Assembly: GCA_013239625.1 (NCBI GenBank)
Contig: MU053645.1
Location: 984,274 to 1,048,273 of the forward strand
DNA length: 64,000 bases
Source: Lama guanicoe
Taxonomy: Eukaryota
Direction: 5' to 3'
Positions 53,903-64,000 of this stretch are shown here, piece by piece. Position numbers and translations under genes: made by a program. Positions within the stretch are counted from its first letter, which is position 1. Each line of letters opens with the position of its first letter. Below the pieces are notes generated by a model, which saw only the letters and a program-made list of their open reading frames with translations, was not told the DNA's origin and ran no database searches.

Positions 53903-54447
53903 CTGAAAAAATCAACTTGGAAAAATGGTTGTTGATTACATCCTTCATACAGCCAACCTCAGTCCTGATTTGAAAGTTTCTCGTGGTACAGTGGGTGGAC
54001 AAAGACAATCTAGTGGAGATCAAACTCATTTCCCCTTTGACTCATGGAAGGCAATCCATAGTATGATTTGGCTTAAAAAAAAAATCAAATAGTGTTTTTC
54101 AGATGACCATTCCAGATAAACTAAGAAAAGGCTGAGAGCCTGTCTTCACCATATCATTCCTATATGGAACTCTTACATCCTCTCAGAGCCCTGCTTCACC
54201 ACCAGCCCCAAAATAGATGTGTTTCTGCAGAGTATGACATATACACTTTAGTCCTTGAATTGCTGTTTTTAATGCTCTTAATCTCCTCTATTTGTGTTCA
54301 CAGTAGTACTGAGTCTCTTAGACATGAAGCTCCCAGAGGGCAGAGGTTTAGTCTCTGCTATTCCTTAGTATAATTAATGTTTCACAAAGCAGCATGAACA
54401 GCAAGGTGCTTAATCAATGCCTTAATGCTTTCGGATTAGTGTATAAA

Positions 54448-54570
54448 TAGGGTGACCATGTAATTGATCATTCAAACTGGGACACTTGTGACAGTGAATG
54501 GGGACACTATTAATAATTATGCTAGGACACAGGAGGACTGTTCTGGGCAAATCGTAATGACATTGTCATT
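54448..54570. mobile_element. hAT-Blackjack-type MER (MER81/MER94-like)
   Basis: Begins with tagggtgacca and contains repeated gggacac motifs. Confidence 0.6.
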
Positions 54571-56091
54571 CTTTTGATCCAAAATAAGGACTCTCCTTTG
54601 GCAATAGCCAGAATGATTTCTCATGATCATGGGTAAGAAAGTATTTTGAATCAGACATTAGTTTCAAATGGAGAAAAAGTATATCTATACAAATGACTCC
54701 AAAAGAATAAAATTAGGTGTTTCCACTCATATATATTTAATTCTCTTTGTAGATATTGTAGGCTAGGTAGTTGCCTGTCTTGCACTAAATTTTTTATTTG
54801 GTTTATATCTATTAATATGACATCTCATCCCAAATCTCATAGAAGTAGGTACATCTAAGCAATGGGTAAATAGTTTGGAAAAGGCAATGGAAAGTTCTTG
54901 CAATGGGTATCTATTCAGCTTATTTTTTGAAAGGTTGCCATAGAGTAATTAGTTCATCAAGCACATTTGCATTTCCAGGAATGTAACTCTTTTTCACAAA
55001 TTTTCCATTTTAAGCCAGGCAGCCAAATGTTATTTGCATTTATCACAGGAGAAGCCATGAATTTGCTTTTTCAAGAGAGGGATAAGCAGTTAAAAAAAAA
55101 AAAACAAACAGATTTGCTACCTATTCTTCTCTTTTTCTAATTCCTTGACATATTCATTTTATCTGAGTATCCATCAAGTTATATGCTTTAAACTCTCTAG
55201 GAAAATCTCTCAAATAAAACCTTTTGCTGAAATTGAGTTACAAAATATATTTGTTTGTGTGACATTAAGTTGAGAATGACCACTTAGAGTAAAGATAGAT
55301 CTCAGAGGCGAATCCCCTTTTGTTTATTTTCTGTTTATTCTCTTCCCTACTGTTGCCATAGTACCGAGGCAACAACAGATCACAAGAGTAACAAAAATAA
55401 TGGAGAGAAAATCCAGAATGTGATTAAAATCATTTGGTTTTGGCACTGGCTGTATAGACAAAAGTAATTTTTCTACTGTACTAATGCCATTTTGTTAAGG
55501 TCATTTTAGTAACTGGATATGGATACATTACTCCCTCCCCTATTCATACTCCTTCCAGTCATGCAAGCATAAACATCTGAAATAACCCCCTTTGTTTTTT
55601 CTTTTTGACAACTTACAAAGGGGTGAGGGAGAGGTGGAGAAGCGCAATAATTTAAATCTCATTTTCAAATTAATTTAGGACAAAAGCCCAAAGCTTCAGC
55701 CAAGGTACATGAAAGGCAACATAGCAAAAAGTCAACTCCAGAATTTTGTTTTGGTAATTCTTACATGAAGTAAGAATTATAAAATACATACCTTTTATTT
55801 CATTTTTAAATTCAGTTTAGCTTAATGTCACTTGCAGTTGCAAATGCTAGCACACCTATACCCACTTGTCTCTCATTAGGCATGCTACGTGAGGTGTACG
55901 TGGCTCAGAGAAGTCCTCAGAGCATTAAAATCAACACCAGCGACCCCAAGGAATCCCTTTTGTTCCACCAGAACTGTACTGATCTCTCCAACTGTTATTA
56001 ACATCATCCTACTATTATTTTTGTCCTTGTCTAAAAATCTGTGCATGGAGGCACCTAAGCACACACCCAGTGAGATTCACCATCCAAACCA

Positions 56092-56105
56092 GTTTCCATG
56101 GAAAC
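56092..56105. promoter_or_regulatory. Perfect palindromic RFX X-box
   Basis: GTTTCCATGGAAAC matches GTTNCCATGGNAAC and lies in non-repetitive sequence. Function untested. Confidence 0.5.
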
Positions 56106-56649
56106 CAAGCAGCTCACTTATCGAAAATTAGGGCCTCCTGTCTCCCGCAGAATTTCCTTTGTCAAACTCTTCCCTTAGCCAACCCCACCACAACCAATCA
56201 AATTCAGATCCCAAGACCAAGAACTGGAGCTTATATTCAAGGCTTAACACTAGCCTAGTTAAGTCTTAAGAAAAATTCTCTATTCCTTTAAGAAAACGCA
56301 AATGGAATGACCCAGGGAGAATAAAGTAACCTTTATCATTGCACCTCCTGTGTGTTCAATGCCTTTAAACTTTTCTTCACTTTACAAAAGAGTCTTCTTT
56401 AAATAACCAGCAACGCTAGTGCATACAAAGAGAATGTATCTTATAAAAGTGATATCTATGGAACTTTTTGTAGGTGAGGTGGTTTTAATGTCAAGGTGAC
56501 AAGTACTATGATGCTTGGAATTGCTTTTGATTCACTTACTGTTGGCTTCGCCTATGCAGAAGTAGACCAGCTGGGTTTGATTTCTTATTCCTGCTATTTC
56601 AACAAAGAAAACATAAGCAGCATCCCATTAACCTATCATGCATAACTTT

Positions 56650-57175
56650 TGTAGTAGATTAATGATGGCTACAAATTCTTTGACATATCTCCCATTGAGA
56701 GGTGGGGCCTGTGTCCTTTCTCCTTGAATTCTGGCAGACTCTGTGAATGTTTTGACCAACAGAACATGAGGAAGTGACTGTGCCAGATTCTGAGCCCAGG
56801 AATTCAAAGATTGGTTGCTTTCATTTATTTTTATCTTGGAACACTTGCTCTAAGGGAAACAACTATTACATACGAATTTCAGCTAGGCTGAGACCACCAC
56901 CAGGCTGTGATGAAGCCCATGCTACCATGTGGGAGGTCACGTGGAAAGAGAAATGCCCAGCCTTCCCTCAGCTTTCTTGCTATCAAAACCTAGGCTCTAG
57001 ATACATGTGTGAAGAAGCTATCTTGACATCTAGTCTTTGGACAAGGCCAGCCCTGCATGAGATCGCAAGTGGCAAGTGGTCAATGGACACTAGTCAATCT
57101 ATAGAACGGTGAGAAATAATAAATTATTGTTAAAGCCATAGGATTGAGCATGCTTTGTTATTTAGCAATGAATAA
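56650..57175 (+). mobile_element. MaLR solo LTR (MLT1G/H-like)
   Basis: tgtagtagattaatgatggctacaaattctttgacatatctcccattgagaggtgggg...gtgagaaataataaattattgttaaagcca...ttgttatttagcaat. Confidence 0.85.
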
Positions 57176-57357
57176 GCAGCTTCCAACAAAAAGGAACTAC
57201 TTTTCTTGACTGATCATTGAAACCAGGTACTTATTTAGAAGAGAAAAACATCATCTCATTGATTTCTTTTTCTCATACTCCTCATGTCAACTTATGTCCC
57301 TTTCAGTCTTCAAATTCCTCTTAAAATGCTTTAAAAATATCTGACAGCAGGCCTTAC

Positions 57358-57430
57358 CTTTTTATTACTTTTCTACATTTCCTCAGCATTTGTGTATTAT
57401 ATTTGCATATTTCTGTAAGCATATTTACAT
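57358..57430 (-). pseudogene. Relic exon (73 nt)
   Basis: gctgtttactag|ATGTAAAT...ATAAAAAG|gtaagg (strong donor). Open frame VNMLTEICKYNTQMLRKCRKVIK. Confidence 0.45.
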
Positions 57431-59544
57431 CTAGTAAACAGCAATGTTCTTTTACAAAATGAGATCTTCATATTTTTTTAAGGAAAGTAAGTATTCCATA
57501 GAGAAAGCATACAAACCTGAATCTCAAAAATAGGACTTCACATGAGGTAGAATATTTTTCCTTTAGTGTTAAGTTTTGGTTTTCCAGAAAACTGGCATTT
57601 TTTAAAGAAATAGTTTTATTGCATCCTCCTTTTTTTCTAAGGCCACTTATTTCTCAGTTTCTCTAAGACTAACCAGAGACTTAGGGAAAAGTCCTCAAAA
57701 GAATTCCCCCTTCCTTCCTTTGTCTATATTCCAGGCTTTGACCTGCGTTCCACCTTCTCATTTCAACAGCGCTGCATGGAGAAATAGAGAGCAAGGTAGA
57801 TATAGTCCCCCAGGTTGTATTGTGTCTCTAGTTCTGAAATAGAATGGATACTCTAACTACACGTTTATTTAGGAAGACAGCCACTACCACTAAGATAAGA
57901 ATTTCCTATACACTCTTCCTAGAGTCTATTTTAATTTTACAGTAAATTATCAGCTTGGTACCTGCACACACCTATATTACAGAGCAGGGCACGCAAAACA
58001 AGATCAGATGGCTGAAAAGTAGACCTTAACCTGTGGAAATTATTTCTCTTTGTTCCATGTATTACAGCATTAATTCAATAACATTTCTAAAATGGAACTG
58101 TGCTTATATAAGCAGATAAATAATTAGAAAGCATATAAATCATTACTTCCTAATGTGACTACAACAAGATTCAATGTAATTTACAGATAAATATGAGAAA
58201 TGACTACTTCTTTTTACTGAATTAAATCCAGCAATATTTCCAAGAAGAGAAATGAATACTCCTATGTTCACTGGCAAGGAACATAATCGTCAAGAAAGAT
58301 AAATCTCATTTTTCACCCATTTAAAATATTCTGAGAGGAAAATAGCTACAAAATTAACATGTTTACTCTTAATTAATAAAATGTCAGCTTAAATGAGAAG
58401 ATAACACTTCACTTCTACTAAAAATCTCACTTTGTGTAGAATAAAGTTCAAGTGACTAAAATGACTTTGTGTAAAGTCTGACTTTCAAACTGCTTTTAAA
58501 ACGATATATTACTGTTAAACTACACTACACATTAATAACCATTAGGTAAAATGAGGTCATTATTGGAACATTTAAGACTCAAAATCAGTCTATGTCAGTG
58601 AATATTGTGAAATAAAAATCATGAATAAACTACAAAAATCAATCATGAGACCCAGAAATTGAAGACACTTTGAAGGACTGTTTTTGTATTGCAGCTTTGA
58701 TTTGGGACAACAAAAAGCTGTAGTTTTTACTGTTTAATTGTTAAACACCACACTTCCACAAAAAAATGTATTATTTCTAAGAGTTTACATTGTAAGACCA
58801 CAGAGATCTATACAAACTATAGGAAATTTTGATTCTTTTTTTGGTAATTTACTAATTAGTTTCTTCTTTATAAAATGTGTCATGAAGTTCTGTCTTCTGG
58901 CTTAGAAAAAGGCGCTAAGTGGTGAACTTGCATGATGGAAATAAACAAGTAGAGATTTGGAGGAAAGACCACCCTCTTGGAAAATAACAGATGGAAGAAA
59001 CAGTCTTAACTTGTCTAGAACTTCTACAAGAAAATTCTAAGTTGGTTTAAAAAGTGAGTAGAAAATGAACATTACCTAATTCCTGGAATGTCTATGTATG
59101 GTATGGCAGGGCACTCAAAAAGCTATGTGCTCAATAGGACTATGCTTTTTCCCTGAAGCCCTGACTCCTCCTAATATCTTGGGATGTTAGGAAGGGTGCC
59201 AGTCTCTGGCAGGACTTTCCTATAGAAGCTTCACTCACTAACTTGCCTTGAGAGAATCTGACCAATTTACTAGGCTAAAGCCGTATGTACCCATTTCTAA
59301 GGTTTTCCTTCATAATCTGTTCCAGCCATTCATTGAGGAGAAACACAATCTTAATCATCAGGGAAGATAACTGTCATATTTGAGACCGACCACAATTACT
59401 TAAAGAAGTAAAGAGTAGAGAGGGAAAGGAAAATATGGCGAACGAGACTTTGAAGACTCAGCAGGGAAAAGTGAAAAGTACTTGAGTTTGGTTACTAAGC
59501 AATCAACTCACTCTACACACTTACTACTATACTTTTCACATTAC

Positions 59545-59582
59545 CTTAGCTGATCGGCAACTTTGCCATCATTTGTTGCTAC
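59545..59582 (-). pseudogene. Candidate relic exon (38 nt)
   Basis: ggaatggttttcag|GTAGCAACAAATGATGGCAAAGTTGCCGATCAGCTAAG|gtaatg. Reads VATNDGKVADQL. Confidence 0.35.
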
Positions 59583-60974
59583 CTGAAAACCATTCCTTAG
59601 GTAATTCAGTTCAGACTTTGTCTAGAACAAACATTTTGTAATTGTAGTATTTCTCCCTATAAGTCTCTTCTTCCCAACTCAGCAAAAAAGAACTCACACA
59701 AATCCTATGACTGTAACTTAGAAAATAAAAGATGCTGTCATAAAAACAACTCATGATATCTAAACTCATATTTGCTTAGAGGATTAAGTCAAATGGCGAC
59801 ATTTACAAAATACAACATATCAGGCCAACAAGAACTAATGCCATAATTTGCACCAGATTTGGGGAGCTTCAAGTATCTGGAAGAAGTAGTCTTCAGGCAA
59901 GAATTTAATGTATATCCTATTGCAAAGGAAATATAAAGTTTACCCAACAAAGATAGCTCCAAGTTATTCAATAAAGAAATCAACATAGTACACTTGAAAT
60001 TGAAACTGCTGTGTGTTGAACAAGTTGTCAGTTGACACAAATGTGATACTTGACTTTCTTATGAATATTGCAAGAAAATGCACATGCAGAAGGGCCATCA
60101 ATTGCACAGAGCAAGCCTCTATTTTGCTCATTTCTGTATTTTTTCCACTAGTCCTGCCTGATTTCTTTTACAGATTAATGTGTGTGATTGTTTTTTTCAA
60201 TTTTGCATTCAAAACCAGGAAGAGAAAAGATGGGACTAAGGAGAATTTTCAATAATTTGGAGCTACATGCCCTTAGGACAACCCGCAGTCTAAATTGTAA
60301 CAATGGATTACTACACAATTATTTACACTGACTGTCTACAACTTAATAAAAATGGGGAATCTAAAACCAAACAAAAATATCCATTACAGAGAACCCTATT
60401 CTTTCTATATAATATGTTTTATATAGCTTTGTGAGTAACTCCTAATATATACTACATCAGTAAAAAGCATTTATTAACTGTGAGGCTGGCTCAATTGGAA
60501 ACCACAATGCAGTTGATCGTTTGACACACTTAACAACTTCCTCTGCCACATTTCCCTTGATACTGTGTTTTTCTTACCAAATTCAGTTATGCAGACCTCT
60601 CACAGTCTTTCAACTTACTCTCATCAAAATTTGTTCATTTAAAAAGAAAGCCACCAAAATACACTTCTGTGAATGCCCAGTAATACCTGTTATAATTAGA
60701 CTTCCAGAAACATCTGTCCCTTAGAGAATGAGAAGCTTCAAGCCAAAAAAGAAAAAATGTTTCTAAATTTTAAGATTTCAACCATCAGCAATCCAGTAGG
60801 AAAGATATTTGGGGGAGTAAAGAGACCTCCTGGAGTTCTTAAAATTACTTGGCATACTCATGGAATTAACTATGATTACTTGGCTAGATGTACATAACAG
60901 TGTGTTTAGAACTAAGCTCTGAAGAGAATCCCATACCCTATGACACGTACCTTTATGCAAATCACAGTAAAGCT

Positions 60975-61180
60975 GATGGCATAGTGGACAAGAGCCTAAA
61001 TGAGGCTGAGCAAGTTCTTTAACTTTACTGTGCCTCAGTTTCTTTATCTTTGAAATATATGTAATAAGAACAGCTAACTCACTGGGTCCTTGTGAAGATT
61101 AAATAGATAGTAATACATAAAGCACAGAGTATAGTGCCTGAAGGATACAAAGTGTTCGACAAGTCATGGTTATTATCACA
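60975..61180 (+). mobile_element. MIR SINE
   Basis: gagcaagttctttaactttactgtgcctcagtttctttatct...tgtgaagattaaatagatagtaatacataaagcac. Confidence 0.8.
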
Positions 61181-62149
61181 ATTCTACCCACGTATAAGAA
61201 ATTCAGAAAACCATCGACTTGCATATCTAGAGGCAGTAAAGTATTAGAGGAAGGCCAGGTTGAAGGGAAGGGCATTACAATCTGGCAGCGGGCAGGGAAA
61301 CTCTACTTCTAATTGACCCAATGTCCCAGGGCCTGTGCTAAGTGGTATCACGTTCCAGAGGCAAGTTACCACACCTCAGCATATGCAGCCTGAGCATGCA
61401 CACAAACACGTGCTGAAAAAGCAGTAAGGGCAGCGGAAAGCCACCTACAGAGAGACACTTGTGGGATAAAAGCCAAAAGAATCTTTATAGTCCACGAAGT
61501 TTCCTAACAGCCACCTCCAACACTAGCTAATGACACATTACAATATGGCGGCACAGATTTTTACTAAATATTTCCCAAATTTCTTTCTGGCCTCATTTCA
61601 TTTTTTTCAGGTTTTTTACATGCCCATTACTTCTCTACGAGTTTGTTTCCCATCTCTTCCAGTAAACAATGTTGCCTGTTCACAGACTGCACTTACTTCA
61701 TCTCCTTTGCCCTTGGGCATAGCTCAAGAAAAAAAAATGCTCTGTATGCATAAATGTTTACGCTCAATTGATTAAAGCTGTTGATGGCTCCGATGCACAC
61801 ATTTGATGTTTGCACTGCAAATCTGACTCAAGACATTATTCCCAAGTTCGTTCTGAGTTCTCTTGAATAGCTACACGTGTACATTCTTCAATAATGCTGA
61901 TTATAAATCTTTTCCAAAAAGACACCCAAATACCTTAACAAGAAACTTTACCTGAAGTTAGGTGCTCGAAAGGAAAAAGGAAAATATATGACAGTGATAT
62001 ATAAGTGTGTGTGTATGTCTGTAAACCAAGTTTGTAGGGTATTTTTCTTCTTTTTCCATTTGGGAAAAATAATCAAGAACCTCTGAACACAAACTTGCCA
62101 TTCTTCAACTTTTGCCTAACCTTTGCCTTGGAACTAGCCAAATATTTTC

Positions 62150-62540
62150 CCAACTTTAGTGAGTTTTAATTAACATATAACATTGCATAATTTAAAGTGT
62201 ACAATGCGTTGATTTGATACATTTATAGATTGCAAAATGATGACCATCACAGTATTAGTTACCACATCTTCATCATGTTTATAGTAAACAATTCATTTTT
62301 GTGGTGAGAATATTTAATACCTACTCTCTTTGTAACACTGAAGTATATGACATGGTATTATTAGCTATAATCACCATTGTATACATTAGACCTCCAAATT
62401 TGTTAATCTTATAACTGGGAGTTTGTGCCCCTTGACCAGTATCTACCTACTTCCTGTACCCCTCAACCCCTAGTAAGCACCACTCTACTCTGTTTCTCTG
62501 ACTGTGTCCTTTATCAATTCCACATAAATGATAGCATAGG
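62150..62540 (-). mobile_element. L1 3' end fragment
   Basis: aattaacatataacattgcataatttaaagtgtacaat...gctataatcaccattgtatacattaga...ccactctactctgtttct. Confidence 0.85.
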
Positions 62541-62632
62541 GTATAAAATATTTTAAATAGGCTTTAATAATTGACAGCAAAAACATGAAACATATTTTAA
62601 GAGGAGCAAGAAGAAAGAAAGATTAAACTTAC

Positions 62633-62664
62633 TCAATAGGAAATTTCCCTAGGTTGTGGAAGAT
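62633..62664 (-). pseudogene. Candidate relic exon (32 nt)
   Basis: catttatttttatttaag|ATCTTCCAC...CTATTGA|gtaagt (consensus donor). Confidence 0.35.
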
Positions 62665-63049
62665 CTTAAATAAAAATAAATGTATGAGATGAAATTATCA
62701 TGATCATAAACATATATCTATTAAACAAAAACTTAAAAAGAAAGTTTACATGAGTTAGATCAGTGATTCTAAAGCATGGTCTATGTGCTGAACAAGCGTT
62801 GAAGCCAGGTTCATTAAGGCAGCTTGTTGTGACTTTGCTACTGCAAAGTTATGGCGGCTGTGACAGACGTGTGGCCAGAAAAGCACTCACTCATCTAAGT
62901 CTAAGAGTGGCAGAACAGGCCCTTCAATATCAAGCTAAATCAAAAGCAGAGGTGGTACTAGTCTACTATAATTCAAAAGAGAAATCAGCCAATTTAAAAA
63001 AAAAAACTGGTATATCTTGAGCACCAACTTGCATTCTTACCACTTCACC

Positions 63050-63910
63050 ATTAATTCAACAAGTAACTAAGTTATGATGATGTACCCTGCACTGTTTTAG
63101 GCCTCTCCAGAGGTAAGAGAGTGAAAAATCCAGATCTGATCCCTGTCCTCATAGAGCTAACATTCCAGAAGGCAAAATAAATAACATTACATAAATAAAT
63201 AGTGCAGTATGTCAGATGGTGATATGTGCTAACTAGAAACATAAAGCAAGGAAAGAAGATACGTACACATAGGATGTATGCACGGGGGGGTAGTGATACA
63301 ATTTTGAGTAACACAGCTCAAGAGTCTCTGAGAATTTGATCTTGGAGCAAAGGCTTGAAGGAATGGAGGTAGCAAAGAGTGCAGGTATCTAAGGGAAAAG
63401 ATTCCAAACCAAGTGGGGTATAAGCCAGGCACCATGGGGAAAGGGAGGAAGGTGGAAGATAGAGATCTTGTCCAATGGGAACTTACTCTCTGGTTGAGTA
63501 GGGGGAAAAATAAACATCCACAACTAAATGTTACCATAGGACCCTGCGCTTACCACTTGGTGCTTTTCACATAGTGTTTTACCTGGGCAGTTACTTTCCT
63601 ATCTTTCCCCCACTAGACTGGGAACTTCATGAGGCAGTAGTTGTGGTTTATCCATTTTTTTGTGTCTTCATTGTTAAGCACAACATGACACAGTAGATGC
63701 TCAATAAACTGATGAGCATGACTCAGTTAAAGGAAAAATACTTAAGTGCTTAAGGAAGGAGTGTCTTTCAAGCTATAAAATTCCCAAGGAGTTCAGAAAA
63801 TGAAAAAAAAATAGTAAGTGAGAGCTGGAATTGTCAAGATACACATTATAGAGGAAACTACACTTCAGATTATTGATGGGAATGGGTTTGAATTGAGATG
63901 GAAGAAATAA
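63050..63910. mobile_element. Cluster of LINE-2 fragments in both orientations
   Basis: ccctgtcctcatagagctaacattccag (antisense) and cactagactgggaacttcatgaggcag...cacagtagatgctcaataaa (sense 3' end). Confidence 0.75.
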
Positions 63911-64000
63911 TTCATTTAGCATCACAAAGTTGGCAAACTTATTTTATAACAAGCTAGAGAGGTCTCAGAACAGTGTTCTATTTCTCAGATGTAACACTGA

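Larger units (their letters stand above)
2413..62664 (-). pseudogene. Inferred decayed multi-exon gene (unitary pseudogene or spliced lncRNA relic) that once encoded an E/K/L/Q-rich coiled-coil protein; probably extends beyond the window
   Basis: About 18 minus-strand segments, most with a polypyrimidine-AG acceptor and a GT donor, all outside recognisable repeats. Translations are heptad-like with stops and frameshifts (e.g. KEDWKRRYHLVSEELSRT*RS*KEELEER...QDLLRKTQRLE; LASSEEHWVK*KDTLIT*YKCLE..LGKQLQYLKET*KNYKD*LQN). Several consecutive junction phases agree. Not matched to any protein I recognise. Confidence 0.55.

Noticed and set aside
61951..61964. Minus-strand ~13-nt micro-exon before gtaaag
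   Set aside because: The acceptor would be GAG and the segment is too short to support.
2413..62664. Naming the ghost gene (PMFBP1, CCDC18, SIX6OS1 and CATSPERB were considered)
   Set aside because: At most compositional similarity and no alignable motif from memory, so no symbol is assigned.
1..64000. CRISPR arrays, rRNA genes, prokaryote-type operons, CpG-island promoter
   Set aside because: None seen; the window is CpG-depleted mammalian intronic or intergenic DNA.

Overview
AT-rich, repeat-dense mammalian genomic DNA, very likely from a camelid: it carries a Vic-1-like tRNA-derived SINE and many copies of one young L1 3' end. I find no intact multi-exon protein-coding gene, and most ORFs in the supplied track are L1 fragments or chance frames. 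About 5-37 kb is mostly nested LINE-1. About 43-62 kb is comparatively repeat-poor and carries candidate regulatory motifs. Well-supported items: (1) a full-length NDUFB1 retrocopy with an intact 58-codon ORF, poly(A) signal and 12-bp target-site duplication (TSD), nested in an old L1; (2) an L1 with a twin-priming 5' inversion and TSDs; (3) several very short L1-tail insertions with TSDs. The main inferred finding is a chain of about 18 minus-strand exon-like segments from ~62.7 kb to ~2.4 kb. Most have AG/GT boundaries, several junction phases are compatible, and the translations are E/K/L/Q-rich and coiled-coil-like but full of stops and frameshifts. This looks like a decayed unitary pseudogene of an unidentified coiled-coil protein, possibly still spliced as a lncRNA. 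All calls were made by eye; repeat subfamily names and boundaries are approximate.
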